Shown: positions 38,139-47,727 of the stretch, one piece after another
How positions within the stretch are numbered: the stretch's first letter is position 1
Layout of the letters: each line of letters begins with the position of its first letter
DNA from: Bacteroidota bacterium
GTDB taxonomy: Bacteria; Bacteroidota; Ignavibacteria; SZUA-365
Assembly (NCBI GenBank): GCA_003246455.1
Contig: QKAF01000099.1
Coordinates: forward strand, 35,669-99,668
Reading direction: 5' to 3'
Length of the DNA stretch: 64,000 nt
Position numbers and translations under genes: made by a program
Notes under the pieces: model-generated
What the model was told of the DNA's origin: nothing
Database searches by the model: none
Seen by the model: only the letters and a program-made list of their open reading frames with translations

Positions 38139-40583
38139 ATGATACGCACCTGCTTCCTTTCCCTGCTTCTGCTTCTGACCGCGACGTCGGTCCGGGCAGA
38201 CCGTTATACCTTCCTCGGGTCATACGAATCACATACCGTCGACGGCAGCGTGCTGACCATCGCCGCCACGAACAATGTTCTGCGCCTGACGCTGGTCGAC
38301 AGCGGTGTCGTCCGCGTGCAGCTCGGCCGCGGCGGAGCGATACAGGATCTGCCTTCCTACGCCGTGACGGCACGGCCGAATCCGCTGCTGCGCTGGACCG
38401 TCGAGGATCAGCCCGGCGCCCTGCGGCTCGCGCTGCCGGCCGGCGTGCTGATCGTGCAGAAGTATCCGGTCCGCATGCAGTTCGCGACGTCGGACGGAAG
38501 CATCATCGCGGAGGATGCGCCGGCGTTCGGACTCGCGTGGGACGGCAAGGAGGTGCAGCTCTGGCGCACGCTGCATGCCGACGAACGATTCTTCGGCCTC
38601 GGCGAGAAAGTCGGCGACGTCAACAAGCGCGGCGGGCACTGGACCATGTGGAACACCGACATGCCGGGGTATTCGAACAAGCAGGACCCGCTGTACGTAT
38701 CGGTCCCGTTTTTCATCGGCATGCACGCGGGGCAGGCGTACGGCACCTTTCTCGACAACTCCTACCGCAGCACGTTCAACATGGGTGCCGCGAGCGACCG
38801 GGTTTACTCCTTCGGCGCGGAAGACGGCGAGATGAATTATTACTTCGTGTACGGTCCGCGCATCCGCGACGTGGTTGCCCGCTACACTGCACTGACGGGG
38901 CGGACTCCCCTTCCCCCGATCTGGTCGCTCGGGTATCAGCAGAGCCGCTGGAGCTACGCACCGGAATATGAACTGCGCGATGTCGCCCGGAATTTCCGGC
39001 AGCGCGGAATCCCGGCGGATGTTCTCTACCTGGATATCCGGTACATGGACGCGTACAAGGTCTTCACATGGGACGGTGCGAGTTTCCCCGATCCCGCCGG
39101 TCTGCTGGCCGATCTTGAGTCGATGGGCTTCAAAGTCGTGACGATCGTCGACCCCGGCGTGAAAATCGAGCAGGGGTACACCATCTACGACGAAGGCCTG
39201 CGCAGCGGGTATTTCGCCCGCTATCCCGACGGAACGCCGTACAGCGGGGAGGTCTGGCCGGGGTGGTGCCACTTCCCCGACTTCACCCGCCCCGATGTGC
39301 GGGATTGGTGGGGAGCGAATTACGGGGCGATGATGGATCTCGGGGTCGACGGGTTCTGGAACGATATGAATGAGCCCGCCGTATGGGGGAGGGAATTTCC
39401 CCTCCTGGTGGAATTCGAGGACGAGGGAATGCGCAGCAGCATCAAGAAAATCCACAACGTGTACGCGCTGCTCGAAGCGAAGGGGGCGTACGAGGGAATG
39501 CGGCGTTCGCATCCGAAGGAGCGGCCGTTCCTCCTTACGCGAGCGGGCTTCGCGGGAATACAGCGCTATGCATCGGTGTGGACAGGCGACAACACCGCCC
39601 GATTCGACAACCTGCAGATGGCGATACGAATGTGCGTCGGGCTGGGACTTTCCGGCATCCCATTTGCCGGCGCCGATGTCGGAGGATTCGAACAGGAGCC
39701 TTCGTCGGAGCTGTTCATCCGCTGGATGCAGGCCGGAGTCTTCACCCCGTTCCTGCGCACGCACACCACGATCAACACCCGCGATCAGGAGCCCTGGTCG
39801 TTCGGCGAATGGACCGAGGACATCGTACGCAACTACATCTCCCTGCGCTACCAGTATCTTCCCTACCTCTACACCGAGTTTCGACGCGCTTCCCGCAGCG
39901 GCGTCCCCATCATGCGGCCGCTCTTCCTCGATCATGAAGACGACCCGGAGACGTTCAGCAGCCAATGGCAGCACACTTTCATGGCCGGTCCGAACATTTT
40001 GGTGGCGCCGGTGGTCGATGAAGGACGCCGGTTTCAAAAGGTGTATCTTCCGCATGGGCGCTGGGTGGATCCATGGACCGGCGCGCCGTACGACGGCGGT
40101 CAGGCCGTGGTAGTCGAGGCGCCTCTCGAGCGCCTCCCGATGTTCTATCGCGGCGGTTCGTTGATTCCACGCCGGGAAACGCAGCAGTACACCGGCGAAC
40201 ACCCCCTGTCGGAGCTCCTGCTCGAGGTCGTCCCGGGTGACAGCGCATCGTATACGCTGTATCTTGACGCCGGGGACGGTTTCGGCTACGAGACCGGCAG
40301 CTTTGATGAAGTGACCTTCCGCATGCGGTCTGACGGACTCTCATGGGTCATCGAAACCTCCGGCAGTTCCGGCCCGTGGTGCGGCGCATTGAAGCGCATC
40401 CGCTTCCGTCTTTTCGGCTCACCGTCGGTGCCGCGCGCCATTTCCCTTGACGGCGAAAGCATTCAGCTCGACAGTGAATCCCAGCGCGAAACCGCGCGGC
40501 CGCAGCTCGACGAAGGACGCCGGCGCTTCGAAATCACCCTGCCGTTCCGAACAGGTACACACCAATATCGATTCGAGTACTGA
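38139..40583 (+). CDS. Glycoside hydrolase family 31 alpha-glucosidase
   Basis: Signal peptide MIRTCFLSLLLLLTATSVRA. GH31 nucleophile block GFWNDMNEP, plus the WTGDN and GADVGGF blocks. Confidence 0.85.
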   Translation: MIRTCFLSLLLLLTATSVRADRYTFLGSYESHTVDGSVLTIAATNNVLRLTLVDSGVVRVQLGRGGAIQDLPSYAVTARPNPLLRWTVEDQPGALRLALPAGVLIVQKYPVRMQFATSDGSIIAEDAPAFGLAWDGKEVQLWRTLHADERFFGLGEKVGDVNKRGGHWTMWNTDMPGYSNKQDPLYVSVPFFIGMHAGQAYGTFLDNSYRSTFNMGAASDRVYSFGAEDGEMNYYFVYGPRIRDVVARYTALTGRTPLPPIWSLGYQQSRWSYAPEYELRDVARNFRQRGIPADVLYLDIRYMDAYKVFTWDGASFPDPAGLLADLESMGFKVVTIVDPGVKIEQGYTIYDEGLRSGYFARYPDGTPYSGEVWPGWCHFPDFTRPDVRDWWGANYGAMMDLGVDGFWNDMNEPAVWGREFPLLVEFEDEGMRSSIKKIHNVYALLEAKGAYEGMRRSHPKERPFLLTRAGFAGIQRYASVWTGDNTARFDNLQMAIRMCVGLGLSGIPFAGADVGGFEQEPSSELFIRWMQAGVFTPFLRTHTTINTRDQEPWSFGEWTEDIVRNYISLRYQYLPYLYTEFRRASRSGVPIMRPLFLDHEDDPETFSSQWQHTFMAGPNILVAPVVDEGRRFQKVYLPHGRWVDPWTGAPYDGGQAVVVEAPLERLPMFYRGGSLIPRRETQQYTGEHPLSELLLEVVPGDSASYTLYLDAGDGFGYETGSFDEVTFRMRSDGLSWVIETSGSSGPWCGALKRIRFRLFGSPSVPRAISLDGESIQLDSESQRETARPQLDEGRRRFEITLPFRTGTHQYRFEY

Positions 40584-40585
40584 TC

Positions 40586-41665
40586 ATGCTTCAACGTCTC
40601 CCAGGCCATCTGAACTCCCGCCGCCCTCCCCTGATTCCGCCAGCGCCGCTGTCCGCCGTGCGCATCGGCATCCTGTCGCTGATATTCGCGGTGGCGCTCG
40701 CCGCGTCCATGCGTGCACAGGAAGTCCGTTTCTCGGGATTCGGGGCAACGGGTATCCGGATGTACGACCGCAATCCCGTCGCGGAATTCAACCAGGAATA
40801 TTTCTACGAAGGGAAACTGCAGGCGGATATCCGGCTCTCGAAAAAAATCGACGCACAGCTGGATTTCCGCGGCGATTCAGACGAGCGGACGGTCGTGCTC
40901 CGGGAATTCAGCGTGAAATTCGACTACTTCACCTACGCCCGCATTAAATTGGGAAACGTGAAGAAACCGTTCAGCGTCGAAGGACTGGCAGACAGGGATG
41001 AGTACATCCCCGTCTTCGACAGCCATCTGCACAGGCGGAACGAAGAACTCGGGTACGCGGGCCGCAACGTCGGCCTGCTGGTGTATTACAATGCGAATCT
41101 CGAAAAACGCCCCGAACTGCCTTTCTCCTGGGCCGCCGGCGTTTTCAAAAACAATTCCTATCTCACGAGCGCTTATGCCCGGGGGAGCTGGCATTCAGGC
41201 TCCTGGACGACCTCGCTGGGATACGCCCTGCTTTCGCGCAGCCACGACGACGCCGTCACGACGCAGGGGATCTCGGCCGATTTCGGGTATCGGACGCCCG
41301 CGTTCGAAAGCCAGGTCGAGGCGATGCTCATTCAGGATCCCGACGAGCAGATCCGCCGACGCCTGCTGGGTCAGGACGATGCCGTCTGGTCGCCCGGCGT
41401 ACGCTCGTTGACCGCGTTCCGCATTCCCGTCGACGGCGACATCGTCGAGACCGTCGAACCGTATCTGCTTCTCGGGTGGTCGGCTCCGGATGCGGAAACG
41501 ACGGAATGGCACCGGCTGGAAATCATGGCGGGCGTCAACGTCTTCGTCGACGACGACGTGCGCCTCCGCCTCACTGCGGACGGCCTCCTCACGCGGGACA
41601 GGTATTCCGACGACTACAGCACGCATGGTTCCGTTTTCTCATTCGAAGTCTTCATACGATTCTGA
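40586..41665 (+). CDS. Putative outer-membrane beta-barrel (porin-like) protein
   Basis: Signal-like segment IGILSLIFAVALAASMRAQ, an alternating-strand pattern and the C-terminal ...FSFEVFIRF ending in Phe. The stop TGA shares one nucleotide with the next ATG. Confidence 0.5.
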   Translation: MLQRLPGHLNSRRPPLIPPAPLSAVRIGILSLIFAVALAASMRAQEVRFSGFGATGIRMYDRNPVAEFNQEYFYEGKLQADIRLSKKIDAQLDFRGDSDERTVVLREFSVKFDYFTYARIKLGNVKKPFSVEGLADRDEYIPVFDSHLHRRNEELGYAGRNVGLLVYYNANLEKRPELPFSWAAGVFKNNSYLTSAYARGSWHSGSWTTSLGYALLSRSHDDAVTTQGISADFGYRTPAFESQVEAMLIQDPDEQIRRRLLGQDDAVWSPGVRSLTAFRIPVDGDIVETVEPYLLLGWSAPDAETTEWHRLEIMAGVNVFVDDDVRLRLTADGLLTRDRYSDDYSTHGSVFSFEVFIRF

Positions 41666-42795
41666 TGCGCCGCCTCATTCTTCCCCTGCTCCTCCTGGTG
41701 CTCGCGGGCTGCGAAGGCACCATAGATTCGGATCCGGTATTCCAGATCACCGGCGTGCCGCTTTTCGACACGTGGATCCCGCATGACCGGTATGTCTCGA
41801 TGCTCAGCAACCGCTGGAGCGACGAGGAAGTGCCGGTGCAGATCTATCTCGACGGCAGCAAGTTCGAGGGGACGGTCGAACCGCAGGGTGCGGGCTCGCG
41901 CTACCACGTCCGCTGGTCGTACAAGCTCGAACTTGCAGACGGGCAGACGATCAACGGACTGCGGGAATCGAACCTGAGCGCGCAGATTTTCGACAACACA
42001 CACCTTCGGACGACGCTGGCCGTGCATGCGTTCGGCGCGCTCGGTTTTCCGACAATCGCCGCATATCCCATCTACCTGCGCATCAACGGTGCCGCGAAGG
42101 GCCTGTACCAGCAGGTCGAACGGATAGACGAGGACTATTTCCGGCGGCGCGGGATGCCGGTCCATGAACTGATAAAGTGCGGATTCGGCTCCCGTTTCAC
42201 GTTTGAAGGCGGAAACGACCTGGAAGACACGTTTGAAAGAGTCCTTCCGGAATCGGGGAATCTCAACGATTTCGGGGATTTTCTCCACGCGCTCGACACG
42301 GCCGATCCTGACCGGCTGTACGAGCAGGTCTCGCCGTTCCTCGATATCAATCAGTATCTCCGCTACCACGCGCTTTCCTCGATTCTGAATCACGTGGACG
42401 GGTTCAGTAACAATCTCTACTTCTACCGTCCCGCCCCCGGGTCACCGTACACCATCATTCCCTGGGATTTCGACAAACTGCTTTATGGCGCGGACGACGT
42501 CGGGCTGGCCGGAGACAACGAGATCATCCGCAAACTGCTGCAGAACGACTCCTGCGTCGCGGTGTACAAACGCGAGGCCTATCGGGCGCTCGATGTCGCG
42601 CTCGCCGATGCGGAGCTCAATCCGCTCCTCGACAGCACCATCTCACGGATTGCGGAAGCATTCCGTCAGGATCCCTGGCTCGGCGGGGCAGGAATTTCCC
42701 TCCCTGATGAATCCAATCGTCTGAAGATGTATCTTACGAGAAGAAAAGATTACTTCCGTCAGCACCTCGAGACAATCAAAAGGTATCCCCGTTAA
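41665..42795 (+). CDS. CotH-family (atypical kinase fold) lipoprotein
   Basis: MRRLILPLLLLVLAGCEG lipobox. The CotH block INQYLRYHALSSILNHVDGFSNNLYFY...IIPWDFD. Confidence 0.7.
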   Translation: MRRLILPLLLLVLAGCEGTIDSDPVFQITGVPLFDTWIPHDRYVSMLSNRWSDEEVPVQIYLDGSKFEGTVEPQGAGSRYHVRWSYKLELADGQTINGLRESNLSAQIFDNTHLRTTLAVHAFGALGFPTIAAYPIYLRINGAAKGLYQQVERIDEDYFRRRGMPVHELIKCGFGSRFTFEGGNDLEDTFERVLPESGNLNDFGDFLHALDTADPDRLYEQVSPFLDINQYLRYHALSSILNHVDGFSNNLYFYRPAPGSPYTIIPWDFDKLLYGADDVGLAGDNEIIRKLLQNDSCVAVYKREAYRALDVALADAELNPLLDSTISRIAEAFRQDPWLGGAGISLPDESNRLKMYLTRRKDYFRQHLETIKRYPR

Positions 42796-42806
42796 GCTCA
42801 CACCAC

Positions 42807-43679
42807 GTGCATAACAGAATCACAATCATCCCCCGTACCCTCCTTCTGACCTTCCTGCTTGTCGCAGCTCCCGTTCAACCCAGGACACAGGCACAGTTCA
42901 GGGAATCCCAGGCCGGCCCCGAGCGTTTTGCCGGGCATATGCTTGAAAGCGCGAACGAGGTCTTCGCCTGGTACGACGCCCCTGTTTTTCTCGCCTACAT
43001 CGTCAACCGATTCGAATTTGTTCCCCCCACAGCCAAGCCCGTCTCGCTCGAAGCGAGTGAGGCAGAGGAAGCGATTGCACGCAGTCTCGCGGTCAGCGGA
43101 TCCGTTTCCGTCGGCAGCCTGGAACCCTTCACCATCCCGCACCTGATCATCGGAGCGCAGCTGGCGCACGCGGTGGGGAGCGAACTGTTCGTCGACGGTG
43201 CCGACGCGCGCGGCGAACTCCGGAACGCGATGGGTCTCTACAAAACCCTCATGTACACGCAGGTGGCGACGCAGACCATCAAGAACCTGGTGCACCGCGT
43301 CCGGCCTGACGGAAGCGACGACAAGAGTTTCTTCAGCGGGCACAGTTCCATATCCTTCGCCACGGCCGCGTACCTGCAGCGGGAAGCCGACGACGCGCTG
43401 GCACAGTGGGAAGCGCTGGAAAACCGGCCCGTCTTGCGCAACGTGCTCCGCGCCGGAAGCGCCGCGGTGCTGTACGGCTGGAGCGGGTACGTGGGCTACA
43501 GCCGCATGCGAGACAACAAGCATTTTCTCAGTGATGTCGCCGTCGGCGCGCTCGTCGGCGCGGTGATCGGGAATCTCGTCTACGACGGTCTGCACGCGGA
43601 AGGCGGAAACCTGCTGCCGACCGTATCCGTGTGGTCAGACGAGCGCGGACCGCAGATCGCCCTGCAGATGCAATTCTGA
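42807..43679 (+). CDS. PAP2-superfamily phosphatase, secreted (paralog 1)
   Basis: All three PAP2 motifs: KNLVHRVRPD, FSGHSS and SRMRDNKHFLSDV. N-terminal signal sequence. GTG start at 42807. Confidence 0.8.
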   Translation: MHNRITIIPRTLLLTFLLVAAPVQPRTQAQFRESQAGPERFAGHMLESANEVFAWYDAPVFLAYIVNRFEFVPPTAKPVSLEASEAEEAIARSLAVSGSVSVGSLEPFTIPHLIIGAQLAHAVGSELFVDGADARGELRNAMGLYKTLMYTQVATQTIKNLVHRVRPDGSDDKSFFSGHSSISFATAAYLQREADDALAQWEALENRPVLRNVLRAGSAAVLYGWSGYVGYSRMRDNKHFLSDVAVGALVGAVIGNLVYDGLHAEGGNLLPTVSVWSDERGPQIALQMQF

Positions 43680-43789
43680 TACGCGCACGCTTTTTTCCCT
43701 TTCCATTGATGTTCGGTCTTGGTAGTTTTTGTCCTGCGCTCGCACCGCAATCACGAAAAACCCCTCTGTTCACAGTAACCGGTTCATGC

Positions 43790-44626
43790 ATGCGGATCTG
43801 GATCTCCGTCATTCTTCTCGCCATACTGTCCGCTGGACTTCACGCGCAATCCGCGCGTGCGGATCTGAACTGGGCCGAGCGGATCGGCGGCGATGCATGG
43901 AACGGGGCGATGAACGTGACGGAGTGGTACGACGCGCCGCTGACTCTCGTCTTTCTCGCCCGCAATTATTACAAGGACGATAACTCCTCCACCAAGATCA
44001 TCACCTACCCCGCGATGCCGTTCGAGCAGAAAATCGCCGGGGACATCGGTGTGACGGGGAATAATTCCCTCGGCAGCATGGATGCCTGGATCCTCCCCGG
44101 AATCATCCTCGGGTCACGCGTGCTCTGGGCCGTCGGGGGAAATCTGCTCGGGGACGAAGACATGAGCAGCGAATACGCGCATGCATGGACATTCTCCCGC
44201 GTGCTGATGTACAATTACCTCGCGACGGAACTGGTAAAGAATACGGTGCGCCGCCCGCGCCCCGACGGCGGGGACACCAAGAGTTTTTTCAGCGGCCACA
44301 CCTCCACGGCCTTCGTCACAAGCGCGTTCCTGTATCGCGAGGCAGACGACCTGCTCGATCAGAATATGGAAGCGGGGTTTTCGCGCGACGCACTCAAAAT
44401 GACGAGCTTTACGGTCCTCTACGGGTGGGCGGCGTACGTAGGATACAGCAGGATGGCAGACAACAAGCATTATCTGACCGACGTCGTCGTCGGTGCGGCG
44501 GTAGGGACGCTGCTGGGCAACGTCGTGTACGACCATTACTTCGGCGGTGATGCCGAACAGCTGCCGATGATCGGTCCGGGTTTCATCGACGGTCAGCCCG
44601 CGCTTTCATTCTCCCTGAAATTCTGA
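43790..44626 (+). CDS. PAP2-superfamily phosphatase, secreted (paralog 2)
   Basis: KNTVRRPRPD, FSGHTS and SRMADNKHYLTDV motifs. Signal peptide MRIWISVILLAILSAGLHAQ from the ATG at 43790. Confidence 0.8.
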   Translation: MRIWISVILLAILSAGLHAQSARADLNWAERIGGDAWNGAMNVTEWYDAPLTLVFLARNYYKDDNSSTKIITYPAMPFEQKIAGDIGVTGNNSLGSMDAWILPGIILGSRVLWAVGGNLLGDEDMSSEYAHAWTFSRVLMYNYLATELVKNTVRRPRPDGGDTKSFFSGHTSTAFVTSAFLYREADDLLDQNMEAGFSRDALKMTSFTVLYGWAAYVGYSRMADNKHYLTDVVVGAAVGTLLGNVVYDHYFGGDAEQLPMIGPGFIDGQPALSFSLKF

Positions 44627-44634
44627 TTCCCTTC

Positions 44635-47600
44635 TTACCTGTAGGACGGCGCCGATTTGATATGAAGGAGATGTCCTTCGATCCGATCGACGAAGTTCAG
44701 CTCCGCGTTCGGAGCGTCCTCGAAGTGCCAGTACCCGACCAGATGGTCGGGCGGCGGTTCGGCGCCGCGCGCGAGACGTTCGATCTCTTCGTCGCACAGA
44801 AGCCGCCGCCAGATTGCGATATCCGCGATGCGCCGTGTCTGCCCGAGGGATTCCCGCATGACGTCGTGCAGACTCGCGGAGAACATGGTGTATTTGTCGT
44901 TGAATATCCCGAACGACATCCCCTCATACCGGTAATGCCAGTCGTGGTAGTCCGCTCCGTCGACGTTGCAGGGAGAGAGCGAGCCGCGCATCTCCCCGTC
45001 TACGAACACCTCGCGGATACCTGAGTACAGCACGCGGATGGCGATGTGGTGCCACCCGGGCGCAATGGAGCCCAGGATATCGGAGGCGCATCCGCTGTAG
45101 GAGGTTGCAACCGTGTCGCTGCTGAAGCTGACGTAGTGGTCCAGGTTCTGGAACACGAACGCCGTGCTCCGTTCCACGGTACTGTACCACCAGAACGCGA
45201 AGCAGGCGTCGCTCTTTTTTGGCAGCAGCTGCTGTGCGCAGTAAAGGTACGAGCCGGCTGGCAGGGTCAGGGCGGGGATTCCAAGCGGTCCGGCGCCGAG
45301 ACGCGGCAGGGATCCCTCGGGCTGAATCGGCGCCGTTGAGCGCACCTGTACGGGACGGTATCGCATTTCCGCGTCCTGCGAGGCGTTGCTGCCATTGAAT
45401 GCCGTGGCCTCACAGTTGGTTTCCATATCGAACACCGCTTGCAGCTTCGGCACGTTCCCCGGCAGCGACTCGTGCATGACCCGACTGATATCGTCTTCGT
45501 CGAGCATACTCCACCATATCCGGAAGTTGTCGACCTCGCATTCCAGATGGCGGTTCGCACGCGACGAATCCGCATACGCCCCGAGACTGACATACGGCGT
45601 CATGCGGTACCGAAGATCCAGCGTCGCCTGCCGTGAGAAAGCGAGCTTCCCGTCAAGATAGAACCGGATGCTGTGACGCGGGATCGAGTACGCAAGGGCG
45701 ATGTGGTGCCATTGATTCGGTTTCATCGGCATCGCGAGCGGAACAGTGAAGCGTTCGTTGCCGAGCATGATCTGGGGACGGCCGTCGCTGAAGTTCATCA
45801 GCAGTGTTTCCATGCCGGGATGCGTGGCGGAGCTGCGACCATTGTGGAGGAAACAGCCGTCCCAGTCGAGCGAGCGAACCCAGCTTTCCACCGTGAGTTC
45901 CCCGCTGGCGAAGGCGAGGCTTTTCGCGCCCCAGGACAGGTAATCCGGACCTGAACTCAGGCGAAGCGCATAGCCGGCCGACATCGCGCGTCCCGCGCTC
46001 CCGACCAGTTTCAAGCGAAAATACTCCTCGCCCCCGGGTTCGTCCCGGATGACCAGCGCCGCCTCTTTTTCCGATGCCGCGCTCGTCGGCGCATACATGA
46101 CGGTCACGGGCAGCGGCACGGTGCTTTCCAGGATATTCTCTCCCGCCCCCGAGCTGACGTACCATTCGCCATACCCGGGGCCTTCGATCGCGACGTACAC
46201 CTCGCGGTCATTCGGGGTCATGTTGTACAGCGAAAAACTGCGGGAGAATCCATCGCCGACCTCCAGGTCCCCGAAGGGGACAACGGGATCGCGGACGATG
46301 AGTCCGTCACGGAACGCCCATTCGAGCGAATCGTGCGGGTTGAAGACGATTGCGTTATTGCCGACTTCGATTCCCCGGACGATTTCGAGATTCGGGAAGG
46401 CCACAAAGGATCGGTAGAGCATCCCCCCCGCGACGAGCAGAACAATCAACGACAGCACCAGAATGAGGGACCGTGCGTGACTTCTCGCAAACGTCTGGAA
46501 ACGGTCGTACGGATTGCGCACCTCCGATTCGACGACATGTCCCGGGCGAAAGCAGTCGGAGAAATGTTCTGCCGTGTAGACTTCGAACCAGCGCTGCGGG
46601 TACTCCTGCTGGAGCTGCTGAACGTAGCGCTTCGCCTCCTCGATGAAATCTCCGGGAATGACGACACGGCGGAGGGGCGAGTGGAACGCCAGTTCGAGTT
46701 TTCTGCGCAGCGTTTCCCACGATGCGGTTTCCAGCATGCCGTGAGAATCGAGCGAGGCGATGCAGGCGGTGTCCGGGGAGAGGGCCCAACGGACACGGGC
46801 ATTCACCCGTCCGCTGAGATGGCAGACCAGTCCGACGGTCGCCGCCAGTCCGAGAGAACCGCCCGAGAACGCGGCGTGCAGATCGATAAACTGGAAAAAC
46901 ACCTCTCGTCGATCGAAACGATAACCCGTCCGCTGCTGCGTAAACGCGGTCGCCATATCGTTCGCCCCCTGCAGCTGGAGCCGTGTCTGATCGGCATCCG
47001 CACCGAGTACGTTGTTGATATGGATGCCGCCCGCACTGCTCCGCCGGGAAGAGATTTCCATCTGAAGCACCGCCCCCGACGCCGCGCCCTCGTCCTGATC
47101 CGTTTCCAGGAGCACGACGGAGACGGCATCCTGACGCGAGAAGATCGCGCGCCAGCGCTGCCGCGCCAGGAACAGCGGATGGTTCTCTGTGAGGATATCC
47201 TCCTGGATCTCGCAGTAGGCCTCGAACATTCCGTACGGCGCGGGGCCCGCGCCGTAAACCCGGCGCCAGGCACGATCGTCCGGATCATGCAGGGCCGCTC
47301 CTCCCTGACGCAGAAACGCATGCATTCCGCGCAGGTCGGCGGCATACGCACACGAAAGACATCCCTTGATCAGGGCTTCGTCTTTCGCCAGCTGCAGGGT
47401 GGAAGCATCTTTCAGGTCCCCGGAGAGGTCGTTGAGAAACGCGACGGACGTGGTCCACAGCTGGGGATGATGCCCCTGGGTGTACGGGTGCTGAAGCAGT
47501 CTGAGGAGGGTGCGCGACAAGGGCAGCAGGTACATCTTCCGCCACGCGATAGGGAGATGCGCGGTATCGCGGTAAAACGAAATCAGGGCGCTGAGCTGAA

Positions 47601-47691
47601 GCTGAGGTGAACGCCGGGAATGCAGGAGCGAATCCAGCGCGTTTGCAGCGGCGTCAAGATCCCTTGGAGTCTCGAGGCGTCCAGCAGACAT
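44635..47691 (-). CDS. 1018-aa single-pass membrane protein: helical N-domain, Lon-protease-like (S16) domain, TM, Ig-like beta-sandwich, 2x LamG (paralog B)
   Basis: Lon_C-like blocks AVSVVLLETD...GAVLQMEI...INNVLG...FSGGSLGLAATVGL...IASLDSHGML...RRKLELAF...RRVVIP. TM helix SLILVLSLIVLLVAGGMLY (aa ~407-427). FGDLEVGDGFSRSFSLYNMTPN is an ASH/choice-of-anchor-D-like domain. Two Laminin_G_3-like domains are present (WHHIALAYSIPRHSIRFYLDGKL...VDNFRIWWSMLDEDDI; GWHHIAIRV...VFVDGEM...IADIAIWRRLLCDEEI). No Walker A motif. Confidence 0.65.
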   Translation of the reverse strand: MSAGRLETPRDLDAAANALDSLLHSRRSPQLQLSALISFYRDTAHLPIAWRKMYLLPLSRTLLRLLQHPYTQGHHPQLWTTSVAFLNDLSGDLKDASTLQLAKDEALIKGCLSCAYAADLRGMHAFLRQGGAALHDPDDRAWRRVYGAGPAPYGMFEAYCEIQEDILTENHPLFLARQRWRAIFSRQDAVSVVLLETDQDEGAASGAVLQMEISSRRSSAGGIHINNVLGADADQTRLQLQGANDMATAFTQQRTGYRFDRREVFFQFIDLHAAFSGGSLGLAATVGLVCHLSGRVNARVRWALSPDTACIASLDSHGMLETASWETLRRKLELAFHSPLRRVVIPGDFIEEAKRYVQQLQQEYPQRWFEVYTAEHFSDCFRPGHVVESEVRNPYDRFQTFARSHARSLILVLSLIVLLVAGGMLYRSFVAFPNLEIVRGIEVGNNAIVFNPHDSLEWAFRDGLIVRDPVVPFGDLEVGDGFSRSFSLYNMTPNDREVYVAIEGPGYGEWYVSSGAGENILESTVPLPVTVMYAPTSAASEKEAALVIRDEPGGEEYFRLKLVGSAGRAMSAGYALRLSSGPDYLSWGAKSLAFASGELTVESWVRSLDWDGCFLHNGRSSATHPGMETLLMNFSDGRPQIMLGNERFTVPLAMPMKPNQWHHIALAYSIPRHSIRFYLDGKLAFSRQATLDLRYRMTPYVSLGAYADSSRANRHLECEVDNFRIWWSMLDEDDISRVMHESLPGNVPKLQAVFDMETNCEATAFNGSNASQDAEMRYRPVQVRSTAPIQPEGSLPRLGAGPLGIPALTLPAGSYLYCAQQLLPKKSDACFAFWWYSTVERSTAFVFQNLDHYVSFSSDTVATSYSGCASDILGSIAPGWHHIAIRVLYSGIREVFVDGEMRGSLSPCNVDGADYHDWHYRYEGMSFGIFNDKYTMFSASLHDVMRESLGQTRRIADIAIWRRLLCDEEIERLARGAEPPPDHLVGYWHFEDAPNAELNFVDRIEGHLLHIKSAPSYR

Positions 47692-47727
47692 TCACTCTCC
47701 GTTCAGAACAGGATAGGGTGGCGACGG

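Noticed and set aside
32097-40202. Long antisense ORFs 32097..33971(+), 34478..36094(-), 36509..38149(-) and 38229..40202(-)
   Set aside because: All lie opposite genes with clear PP2C, SSS or GH31 motifs, and all have the compositional signature of GC-rich antisense frames. The same applies to 46333..47610(+), 48433..49434(+), 51059..52591(+), 54619..55938(+), 55977..57167(+), 60369..61502(-) and 62350..63903(+).
36515-40583. Polysaccharide utilisation locus
   Set aside because: There are no SusC/SusD-like genes. Only a symporter and one GH31 enzyme are present. The downstream barrel is small, porin-like and lacks a TonB-box or plug region.
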